Of a DNA stretch of 64,000 bases, positions 1 through 15,000 are shown in pieces. A model generated the notes under the pieces. That model worked only from the letters and a program-made list of their open reading frames with translations, was not told where the DNA came from and ran no database searches. Within the stretch, counting starts at the first letter, position 1. Each line of letters opens with the position of its first letter. Both the position numbers and the translations under genes were made by a program. This DNA is from the human T2T-CHM13v2.0 reference genome, Homo sapiens. The stretch lies in the NCBI RefSeq assembly GCF_009914755.1, contig NC_060937.1. One strand, 5' to 3'.

Positions 1-3000
1 ATATACTGTACATAAAATATGAAATTACATCAAATATATATTATATTAGGTACATAAAATACGAAAGTACATCAAACATAGATTATATACTGTACATAAA
101 ATATCAAAGTACCCCAAATATATATTACATACTCTACATGAAATATCAAAGTTCACAAACTATATATTATATACTGTACATAAAATATCAAAGTACCCAA
201 GGTACATATTCTATACTGTACAAAAAATATCAAAGTACCCAAAGCATGTATTATATACTGTATATAAAATATGAAAGTACATCAAATATATATTTTATTC
301 TGTACGTAAAATATCAAAGTACACCAGATATATATTCTATAGTGTACATAAAATAACAAAGTACAAAAACTATAAATTATATACTGTACATAAAATATGA
401 AATTACATCAAATACATATTAGGTACATAAAATATGAAAGTACATCAAATATAGATTATATACTGTACATAAAATATCAATGTACCCCAAATATATATTT
501 TATACTCTACATGAAATATCAAAGTTCACAAACCATATATTATATACTGTACATAAAATATCAAAGTAACCAAGGTATATATTCTATACTGTACAAAAAA
601 TACCAAAGTACCCAAAGCATGTATTATATAATGTACATAACATATGAAAGTACATCAAATATATATTTTATTCTGTACATGAAATATCAAAGTACACCAG
701 ATATATATTCTATAGTGTACATAAAATATCAAAGTACCCAAACTATACATTATATACTGTACATAAAATATGAAATTACATCAAATATATATTATATTAG
801 GTACATAAAATAAGAAAGAACATCAAATGTAGATTATATACTGTACATAAAATATCAAAGTACCCCAAATATATATTATATACTCTACATGAAATATCAA
901 AGTTCACAAACCATATATTATATACTGTACATAAAATATCAAACTACCCAAGGTATATATTCTATAATGTACAAAAAATATCAAAGTAACCAAAGCGTGT
1001 ATTATATACTTTATATAAAATATGAAATTACATCAAAAATATATTAGGTACATAAAATATGAAAGTACATCAAATATAGATTATATACTGTACTTAAAAT
1101 ATCAATGTACCCCAAATATATATTTTATACTCTACATGAAATATCAAAGTTCACAAACTATATATTATATACTGTACGTAAAATATCAAAATACCCAAGG
1201 TATATATTCTATACTGAACAAAAAATATCAAAGTACCCAAAGCATGTATTATATACTGTACATAAAATATGAAAGTACATCAAATATATATCTTATTCTG
1301 TACATAAAATATCAATGTACACCAGATATATATTCTATAGTGTACATAAAATATCAAAGTACCCAAACTATACATTATATACTGTACAGAAAATATGAAA
1401 TTACAGCAAATATATATTATATTAGGTACATAAAATATGAAAGTACATCAAATATAGATTATATACTGTACATTAAATACCAAAGTAACCCAAATATATA
1501 TTTTATACTGTACATGAAATATCAAAGTTCACAAACCATATATTATATACTGTACATAAAATATCAAAGTACACAAGGTATATATTCTATACTGTACAAA
1601 AAGTATCAAAGTACCCAAAGCATGTATTATAAACTGTACATAAAATATGAAAGTACATCAAATATATATTTTATTCTGTACATAAAATATCAAAGTACAC
1701 CAGATATACATTCTACACTGTACATAAAATATCAAATTACCCAAACTATACATTATATACTGTACATAAAATATAAGATTACATCAAATATATATTATAT
1801 TAGGTACATAAAATATGAAAGTACATCAGATATAGATTATATACTGTACATAAAATATCAAAGTACCCCAAATATATATTATATACTCTACATGAAATAT
1901 CAAAGTTCACAAACCATATATTATATACTGTACATAAAATATCAAAGTACCCAAGGTATATATTCTATACTGTACAAAAAATATCAAAGTACCCAAAGCA
2001 TGTATTATATACTGTATATAAAATATGAAAGTACATTAAATACATATTTTTTTCTGTACATAAAATATCAAAGTACACCAGATATATATTCTATAGTGTA
2101 CATAAAATAACAAAGTACACAAACTATAAATTATATACTGTACATAAAATATGAAATTACATCAAATATATATTAGGTACATAAAATATGAAAGTACATC
2201 AAATATAGATTATATACTGTACATAAAATATCAATGTACCCGAAATATATATTTTATACTCTACATGAAATATCAAAGTTCACAAACCATATATTATATA
2301 CTGTACATAAAATATCAAAGTACCCAAGGTATATATTCTATACTATACAAAAAATATCAAAGTACCCAAAGCATGTATTATATACTGTATATAAAATATG
2401 AAAGTACATCAAATATATATTTTATTCTGTACATAAAATATCAAAGTACACCAGATATATATTCTATAGTGTACATAAAATATCAAAGTACCCAAACTAT
2501 ACATTATATACTGTACATAAAATATGAGATTACATCAAATATATATTATATTAGGTACATAAAATATGAAAGTACATCAGATATAGATTATATACTGTAC
2601 ATAAAATATCAAAGTACCCCAAATATGTATTATATACTCTACATGAAATATCAAAGTTCGCAAACTATATATTATATACTGTACATAAAATATCAAAGTA
2701 CCCAAGGTATATATTCTATACTGTACAAAAAATATCAAAGTACCCAAAGCATGTATTATATACTGTACATAAAATATGAAAATACATTAAATATATATTT
2801 TATTCTGTACATAAAATATCAAAGTACTCCAGATATATATTCTATAGTGTACATAAAATAACAAAGTACACAAAGTATAAATTATATACTGTACGTAAAA
2901 TATGAAATTACAACAAATATATATTAGGTACATAAAATATGAAAGTACATCAAATATAGATTATATACTGTACATATAATATCAATGTACCCCAAATATA

Positions 3001-6000
3001 TATTTTATACTCTACATGAAATATCAAAGTTCACAAACCATACATTATATACTGTACATAAAATATCAAAGTACCCAAGGTATATATTCTATACTGTACA
3101 AAAAATATCAAAGTACCCAAAGCATGTATTTTATACTGTACATAAAATATGAAAGTACATCAAATACATATTTTATTCTGTACATAAAATATCAAAGTAC
3201 ACCAGATATATATTCTATAGTTTACATAAAATAACAAAGTACACAAACTATACATTATATACTGTACATAAAATATGAAATTACATCAAATATATATTAG
3301 GTACATAAAATATGAAAGTACATCAAATATAGATTATATACTGTACATATAATATCAATGTACCCCAAATATATATTTTATACTCTACATGAAATATCAA
3401 AGTTCACAAACCATATATTATATACTGTACATAAAATATCAAAGTACCCAAGGTATATATTCTATACTGTACAAAAAATATCAAAGTACCCAAAGCATGT
3501 ATTATATACTGTACATAAAATATGAATGTACATCAAATATATATTTTATTCTGTACATAAAATATCAAAGTACACCAGATATATATTCTATAGTGTACAT
3601 AAAATATCAAAAGTACCCAAACTATACATTATACACTGTACATAAAATATGAAATTTCATCAAATATATATTATATTAGGTACATAAAATATGAAAGTAC
3701 ATCAAATATAGATTATATACTGTACATTAAATACCAAAGTACCCCAAATATATATTTTATACTCTACATGAAATATCAAAGTTCACAAACCATATATTAT
3801 ATACTGTACATAAAATATCAAAGTACCCAAGGTATATATTCTATACTGTACAAAAAATACCAAAGTACCCAAAGCATGTATTATATAATGTACATAACAT
3901 ATGAAAGTACATCAAATATATATTTTATTCTGTACATGAAATATCAAAGTACACCAGATATATATTCTATAGTGTACATAAAATATCAAAGTACCCAAAC
4001 TATACATTATATACTGTACATAAAATATGAAATTACATCAAATATATATTATATTAGGTACATAAAATATGAAAGAACATCAAATGTAGATTATATACTG
4101 TACATAAAATATCAAAGTACCCCAAATATATATTATATACTCTACATGAAATATCAAAGTTCACAAACCATATAATATATACTGTACATAAAATATCAAA
4201 GTACCCAAGGTATATATTCTATAATGTACAAAAAATATCAAAGTAACCAAAGCGTGTATTATATACTGTATATAAAATATGAAATTACATCAAATATATA
4301 TTTTATTCTGAACATAAAATATCAAAGTACACCAGATATATATTCTATATTGTACATAAAATATCAAAGTACCCAAACTATACATTATATACTGTACATA
4401 AAATATGAAATTACATCAAATATATATTATATTAGGTACATAAAATACGAAAGTACATCAAACATAGATTATATACTGTACATAAAATATCAAAGTACCC
4501 CAAATATATATTACATACTCTACATGAAATATCAAAGTTCACAAACTATATATTATATACTGTACATAAAATATCAAAGTACCCAAGGTACATATTCTGT
4601 ACTGTACAAAAAATATCAAAGTACCCAAAGCATGTATTATATACTGTATATAAAATATGAAAGTACATCAAATATATATTTTATTCTGTACGTAAAATAT
4701 CAAAGTACACCAGATATATATTCTATAGTGTACATAAAATAACAAAGTACAAAAACTATAAATTATATACTGTACATAAAATATGAAATTACATCAAATA
4801 CATATTAGGTACATAAAATATGAAATTACATCAAATATAGATTATGTACTGTACATAAAATATCAATGTACCCCAAATATATATTTTATACTCTACATGA
4901 AATATCAAAGTTCACAAACCATATATTAAATACTGTACATAAAATATCAAAGTAACCAAGGTATATATTCTATACTGTACAAAAAATACCAAAGTACCCA
5001 AAGCATGTATTATATAATGTACATAACATATGAAAGTACATCAAATATATATTTTATTCTGTACATGAAATATCAAAGTACACCAGATATATATTCTATA
5101 GTGTACATAAAATATCAAAGTACCCAAACTATACATTATATACTGTACATAAAATATGAAATTACATCAAATATATATTATATTAGGTACATAAAATAAG
5201 AAAGAACATCAAATGTAGATTATATACTGTATATAAAATATCAAAGTACCCCAAATATATATTATATACTCTACATGAAATATCAAACTTCGCAAACTAT
5301 ATATTATATACTGTACATAAAATATCAAAGTACCCAAGGTATATATTCTATACTGTACAAAAAATATCAAAGTACCCAAAGCATGTATTATATACTGTAC
5401 ATAAAATATGAAAATACATTAAATATATATTTTATTCTGTACATAAAATATCAAAGTACTCCAGATATATATTCTATAGTGTACATAAAATAACAAAGTA
5501 CACAAAGTATAAATTATATACTGTACGTAAAATATGAAATTACATCAAATATATATTAGGTACATAAAATATGAAAGTACATCAAATATAGATTATATAC
5601 TGTACATATAATATCAATGTACCCCAAATATATATTTTATACTCTACATGAAATATCAAAGTTCACAAACCATACATTATATACTGTACATAAAATATCA
5701 AAGTACCCAAGGTATATATTCTATACTGTACAAAAAATATCAAAGTACCCAAAGCATGTATTATATACTGTATATAAAATATGAAAGTACATCAAATATA
5801 TATTTTATTCTGTACATAAAATATCAAAGTACACCAGATATATATTCTACAGTCTACATAAAATATCAAAGTACCCAAACTATACATTATATACTGTACA
5901 TAAAATATGAAATTACATCAAATATATATTAGGTACATAAAATATGAAAGTACATCAAGTATAGATTATATACTGTACATAAAATATCAAAGTACCCCAA

Positions 6001-9000
6001 ATATATATTATATACTGTACATGAAATATCAAAGTTCACAAACTATATATTATATACTGTACATAAAATATCAAAGTACCCAAGGTATATATTCTATACT
6101 GTACAAAAAATATCAAAGTACCCAAAGCATGTAGTATATACTGTACATAAAATATCAAAGTACCCCAAATATATATTATATACTCTACATGAAATATCAA
6201 AGTTCACAAACTATATATTATATACTGTACATAAAATATCAAAGTACCCAAGGTATATATTCTATACTGTACAAAAAATATCAAAGTACACAAAGCATGT
6301 ATTATATACTGTATATAAAATATGAAAGTACATCAAATATATATTTTATTCTGTACATAAAATATCAAAGTACACCAGATATATATTCTATAGTGTACAT
6401 AAAATAACAAAGTACACAAACTATAAATTATATACTGTACATAAAATATGAAATTACATCAAATATATATTAGGTACATAAAATATGAATGTACATCAAA
6501 TATAGATTATATACTGTACATATAATATCAATGTACTCCAAATATATATTTTATACTCTACATGAAACATCAAAGTTCACAAACCATATATTTTATACTG
6601 TACATAAAATATCAAAGTACCCAAGGTATATATTCTATACTGTACAAAAAATATCAAAGTACCCAAAGCATATATTATATACTGTACATAAAATATGAAA
6701 GTACATCAAATATATATTTTATTCTGTACATAAAATATCAAAGTACACCAGATATATATTCTATAGTGTACATAAAATATCAAAGTACCCAAACTATACA
6801 TTATATACTGTACATAAAATATGAAATTACATCAAATATATATTATATTAGGTACATAAAATATGAAAGTACATCAAATATAGATTATATACTGTACATA
6901 AAATATCAAAGTATCCCAAATATATATTATATACTCTACATGAAATATCAAAGTTCACAAACTATATATTATATACTGTACATAAAATATAAAAGTACCC
7001 AAGGCATATATTCTATACTGTACAAAAAATATCAAAGTACCCAAAGCATGTAGTATATACTGTACATAAAATATGAAAGTACATCAAATACATATTTTAT
7101 TCTGTACATAAAATATCAAGGTACACCAGATATATATTCTATAGTGTACATAAAATAGCAAAGTACACAAACTATAAATTATGTACTGTACATAAAATAT
7201 GAAATTACATCAAATATATATTAGGTACATAAAATATGAAAGTACATCAAATGTAGATTATATACTGTACATAAAATATCAATGTACCCCAAATATATAT
7301 TTTATACTCTACAGGAAATATCAAAGTTCACAAACCATATATTATATACTGTACATAAAATATCAAAGTACCCAAGGTATATATTCTATACTTTACAACA
7401 AATATCAAAGTACCCAAAGCATGTATTTTATACTGTACATAAAAGATGAAAGTACATCAAATATATATTTTATTCTGTACATAAAATATCAAAGTACACC
7501 AGATATATATTCTATAGTGTACATAAAATAACAAAGTACACAAACTATACATTATATACTGTACATAAAATATGAAATTACATCAAATATATATTAGGTA
7601 CATAAAATATGAAAGTACATCAAATATAGGTTATATACTGTACATAAAATATCAAACTACCCCAAATATATATTATATACTCTACATGAAATATCAAATT
7701 TCACAAACTATATATTATATACTGAACATAAAATATCAAAGTACCCAAAGTATATATTCTATACTGTACAAAAAATATCAAAGTACCCAAAGCATGTATT
7801 ATATACTGTATATAAAATATGAAAGTACATCAAATATATATTTTATTCTGTACATAAAATATCAAAGTACACCAGATATATATTCTATAGTGTACATAAA
7901 ATAACAAAGTACACAAACTATAAATTATATACTGTACATAAAATATGAAATTACATCAAATATATATTAGGTACATAAAATATGAAAGTACATCAAATAT
8001 AGATTATATACTGTACATATAATATCAATGTACCCCAAATATATATTTTATACTCTACATGAAATATCAAAGTTCACAAACCATATATTATATACTGTAC
8101 ATAAAATATCAAAGTACCCAAGGTATATATTCGATACTGTACAAAAAATATCAAAGTACCCAAAGCATGTATTATATACTGTACATAAAATATGAAAGTA
8201 CATCAAATATATATTTTATTCTGTACATAAAATATCAAAGTACACCAGATATATATTCTATAGTGTACATAAAATATCAAAAGTACCCAAACTATACATT
8301 ATACACTGTACATAAAATATGAAATTTCATCAAATATATATTATATTAGGTACATAAAATATGAAAGTACATCAAATATAGATTATATACTGTACATTAA
8401 ATACCAAAGTACCCCAAATATATATTTTATACTCTACATGAAATATCAAAGTTCACAAACCATATATTATATACTGTACATAAAATATCAAAGTACCCAA
8501 GGTATATATTCTATACTGTACAAAAAATACCAAAGTACCCAAAGCATGTATTATATAATGTACATAACATATGAAAGTACATCAAATATATATTTTATTC
8601 TGTACATGAAATATCAAAGTACACCAGATATATATTCTATAGTGTACATAAAATATCAAAGTACCCAAACTATACATTATATACTGTACATAAAATATGA
8701 AATTACATCAAATATATATTATATTAGGTACATAAAATATGAAAGAACATCAAATGTAGATTATATACTGTACATAAAATATCAAAGTACCCCAAATATA
8801 TATTATATACTCTACATGAAATATCAAAGTTCACAAACCATATATTATATACTGTACATAAAATATCAAAGTACCCAAGGTATATATTCTATAATGTACA
8901 AAAAATATCAAAGTAACCAAAGCGTGTATTATATAGTGTATATAAAATATGAAATTACATCAAATATATATTTTATTCTGAACATAAAATATCAAAGTAC

Positions 9001-12000
9001 ACCAGATATATATTCTATATTGTACATAAAATATCAAAGTACCCAAACTATACATTATATACTGTACATAAAATATGAAATTACATCAAGTATATATTAT
9101 ATTAGGTACATAAAATACGAAAGTACATCAAACATAGATTATATACTGTACATAAAATATCAAAGTACCCCAAATATATATTACATACTCTACATGAAAT
9201 ATCAAAGTTCACAAACTATATATTATATACTGTACATAAAATATCAAAGTACCCAAGGTACATATTCTATACTGTACAAAAAATATCAAAGTACCCAAAG
9301 CATGTATTATATACTGTATATAAAATATGAAAGTACATCAAATATATATTTTATTCTGTACGTAAAATATCAACGTACACCAGATATATATTCTATAGTG
9401 TACATAAAATAACAAAGTACAAAAACTATAAATTATATACTGTACATAAAATGTGAAATTACATCAAATACATATTAGGTACATAAAATATGAAAGTACA
9501 TCAAATATAGATTATATACTGTACATAAAATATCAATGTACCCCAAATATATATTTTATACTCTACATGAAATATCAAAGTTCACAAACCATATATTATA
9601 TACTGTACATAAAATATCAAAGTAACCAAGGTATATATTCTATACTGTACAAAAAATACCAAAGTACCCAAAGCATGTATTATATAATGTACATAACATA
9701 TGAAAGTACATCAAATATATATTTTATTCTGTACATGAAATATCAAAGTACACCAGATATATATTCTATAGTGTACATAAAATATCAAAGTACCCAAACT
9801 ATACATTATATACTGTACATAAAATATGAAATTACATCAAATATATATTATATTAGGTACATAAAATAAGAAAGAACATCAAATGTAGATTATATACTGT
9901 ACATAAAATATCAAAGTACCCCAAATATATATTATATACTCTACATGAAATATCAAAGTTCACAAACCATATATTATATACTGTACATAAAATATCAAAG
10001 TACCCAAGGTATATATTCTATAATGTACAAAAAATATCAAAGTAACCAAAGCGTGTATTATATACTGTATATAAAATATGAAATTACATCAAATATATAT
10101 TAGGTACATAAAATATGAAAGTACAACAAATATAGATTATATACTGTACTTAAAATATCAAAGTACCCCAAATATATATTATATACTGTACATGAAATAT
10201 CAAAGTTCACAAACTATATATTATATACTGTACATAAAATATCAAAGTACCCAAGGTATATATTCTATACTGTACAAAAAATATCAAAGTACCCAAAGCA
10301 TGTATTATATACTGTACCTAAAATATGAAAGTACATCAAATATATATTTTATTCTGTACATAAAATATCAAAGTACACCAGATATATATTCTATAGTGTA
10401 CATAAAATAACAAAGTACACAAACTATACATTATATACTTTACATAAAATATGAAATTACATCAAATATATATTAGGTACATAAAATATGAAAGTACATC
10501 AAATATATATTACATACTGTACATAAAATATCAAAGTACCTCAAATATATATTATATACTCTACATGAAATATCAAAGTTCGGAAACTATATATCATATA
10601 CTGTACATAAAATATCAAAGTACCCAAGGTATATATTCTATACTGTGCAAAAAATATCAAAGTAACCAAAGCATGTATTATATACTGTATATAAAATATG
10701 AAAGTACATCAAATATATATTTTATTCTGTACATAAAATATCAAAGTACACCAGATATATATTCTATAGTGTACATAAAATAACAAAGTACAAAAACTAT
10801 AAATTATATACTGTACATAAAATATGAAATTACATCAAATACATATTAGGTACATAAAATATGAAAGTACATCAAATATAGATTATATACTGTACATAAA
10901 ATATCAATGTACCCCAAATATATATTTTATACTCTACATGAAATATCAAAGTTCACAAACCATATCTTATATACTGTACATAGAATATCAAAGTACCCAA
11001 GGTATATATTCTATACTGTACAAAAAATATCAAAGTACCCAAAGCATGTATTATATACTGTACATAAAATATGAAAGTACATCAAATATATATTTTATCC
11101 TGTACATAAAATATGAAAGTACACCAGATATATATTCCATAGTGTACATAAAATATCAATGTACCCAAACTCTACATTATATACTCTACATAAAATATGA
11201 AATTACATCAAATATATTTTATATTAGGTACATAAAATATGAAAGTACATGAAATATAGATTATATACTGTACATTAAATACCAAAGTACCCCAAATATA
11301 TATTTTATACTGTACATGAAATATCAAAGTTCACAAACTATATATTATATACTGTACATGTAATATCAAAGTACCCGAGGTATATATTCTATACTGTACA
11401 AAAAATAACAAAGTACCAAAAGCATGTATTATATACTGTACCTAAAATATGAAAGCACATCAAATATATATTTTATTCTGTTCATAAAATATCAAAGTAC
11501 ACCAGATATATATTCTATAGTGTACATAAAATATCAAAGTACCCAAACTATACATTATATACTGTACATAAAATATGAAATTACATCAAATATATATTAG
11601 GTACATAAAATATGAAAGTACAACAAATATAGATTATATACTGTACATAAAATATGAAAGTACCCCAAATATATATTATATACTGTACATGAAATATCAA
11701 AGTTCACAAACTATATATTATATACTGTACATAAAATATCAAAGTACCCAAGGTATATATTCTATACTGTACAAAAAATATCAAAGTACCCAAAGCATGT
11801 ATTATATACTGTACATAAAATATGAAAGTACATCAAATATATATTTTATTCTGTACATAAAATATCAAGGTACACCAGATATATATTCTATAGGGTACAT
11901 AAAATAGCAAAGTACACAAACTATAAATTATATACTGTACATAAAATATGAAATTACATCAAATATATATTAGGTACATAAAATATGAAAGTACATCAAA

Positions 12001-15000
12001 TATAGATTATATACTGTACATAAAATATCAATGTACCCCAAATATATATTTTATACTCTACATGAAATATCAAAGTTCACAAACTATATATTATATACTG
12101 TACATAAAATATCAAAGTACCCAAGGTATATATTCTATACGGTACAAAAAATATCAAAGTACCCAAAGCATGTATTATATACTGTACATAAAATATGAAA
12201 GTACATCAAATATATATATTATTCTGTATATAAAATATCAAGGTACACCAGATATATATACTATAGGGTACATAAAATAGCAAAGTACACAAACTATAAA
12301 TTATATACTGTACATAAAATATGAAATTACATCAAATATATATTAGGTACATAAAATATGAAAGTACATCAAATATAGCTTATATACTGTACATAAAATA
12401 TCAATGTACCCCAAATATATATTTTATACTCGACATGAAATATCAAAGTTCACAAACCATATATTATATACTGTACATAAAATATCAAAGTACCTAAGGT
12501 ATATATTCTATACTGTACAAAAAATATCAAAGTACCCAAAGCATGTATTATATACTGTACATAAAATATGAAAGTACATCAAATATATATTTTATTCTGT
12601 ACATAAAATATCAAAGTACACCAGATATATATTCTATTGTGTACATAAAATATCATAGTACCCAAACAATACATTATATACTGTACATAAAATATGAAAT
12701 TACATCAAATATATATTAGGTACATAAAATATGAAAGTATATCAAATATAGATTATATACTGTACATAAAATAACAAAGTACCCCAAATATATATTATAT
12801 ACTCTACATGAAATATCAAAGTTCACAAACTATATATTATATACTGTACATAAAATATCAAAGTACCCAAGGTATATATTCTATACTGTACAAAAAATAT
12901 CAAAGTACCCAAAGCATGTATTATATACTGTACATAAAATATGAAAGTACATCAAATATATATTTTATTCTGTACATCAAATATCAAAGTACACCAGATA
13001 TATATTCTATAGTGTACATAAAATAACAAAGTACACAAACTATAAATTATATACTGTATATAAAATATGAAATTACATCAAAAATATATTAGGTACATAA
13101 AATATGAAAGTACATCAAATATAGATTATATACTGTACATAAAATATCAATGTACCCCAAATATATATTTTATACTCTACATGAAATATCAAAGTTCACA
13201 AACTATATATTATATACTGTACATAAAATATCAAAATACCCAAGGTATATATTCTATACTGAACAAAAAATATCAAAGTACCCAAAGCATGTATTATATA
13301 CTGTACATAAAATATGAAAGTACATGAAATATAAATTAGGTACATAAAATATGAAAGTACATCAAATATAGATTATATACTGTACATAAAATATCAAAGT
13401 ACCCCAAATATATATTATATACTCTACATGAAATATCAAAGTTCACAAACTATATATTATATACTGTACATAAAATATCAAAGTACCCAAGGTATATATT
13501 CTATACTGTACAAAAAATATCAAAGTACCCAAAGCATGTATTATATACTGTACATAAAATATGAAATTACGTCAAATATATATTTTATTCTGTACATAAA
13601 ATATCAAAGTACACCAGATATATATTCTATAGTGTACATAAAATAACAAAGTACACAAACTATACATTATATACTGTACATAAAATATGAAATTACATCA
13701 AATATATATTAGGTACATAAAATATGAAAGTACATCAAATATAGATTATATACTGTACATAAAATATCAAAGTACCCCAAATATATATTATATACTCTAC
13801 ATGAAATATCAAAGTTCACAAACCAGATATTATATACTGTACATAAAATATAAAAGTACCCAAGGTATATATTCTATACTGTACAAAAATATCAAAGTAC
13901 CCAAAGCATGTATTATATACTGTATATAAAATATGAAAGTACATTAAATACATATTTTTTTCTGTACATAAAATATCAAACTACACCAGATATATATTCT
14001 ATAGTGTACATAAAAAAACAAAGTACACAAACTATAAATTATATACTGTACATAAAATATGAAATTACATCAAATATATATTAGGTACATAAAATATGAA
14101 AGTACATCAAATATAGATTATATACTGTACATATCAATGTACCCGAAATATATATTTTATACTCTACATGAAATATCAAAGTTCACAAACTATATATTAT
14201 ATACTGTACATAAAATATCAAAGTACCCAAGGTATATATTCTATACTGTACAAAAAATATCAAAGTACCCAAAGCATGTAGTATATACTGTACATAAAAT
14301 ATCAAAGTACCCCAAATATATATTATATACTCTACATGAAATATCAAAGTTCACAAGCTATATATTATATACTGTACATAAAATATCAAAGTACCCAAGG
14401 TATATATTCTATACTGTACAAAAAATATCAAAGTACACAAAGCATGTATTATATACTGTACATAAAATATGAAAGTACATCAAATATATATTTTATTCTG
14501 TACATAAAATATCAAAGTACACCAGATATATATTCTATAGTGTACATAAAATAACAAAGTACACAAACTATAAATTATATACTGTACATAAAATATGAAA
14601 TTACATCAAATATATATTAGGTACAAAAAATATGAAAGTACATCAAATATAGATTATATACTGTACATAAAATATCAATGTACAGCAAATATATATTTTA
14701 TACTCTACATGAAATATCAAAGTTCAGAAACCATATATTATATACTGTACATAAAATATCAAAGTACCCAAGGTATATATTCTATACTGTACAAAAAATA
14801 TCAAACTACCCAAAGCATGTATTATATACTATACATAAAATATGAGAGTACATCAAATATATATTTTATTCTGTACATAAAATATCAAAGTACATCAGAT
14901 ATATATTCTATAGCGTACATAAAATATCAAAGTACACAAAACTATACATTATATACTGTACATAAAATATGAAATTACATCAAATATATATTATATTAGG

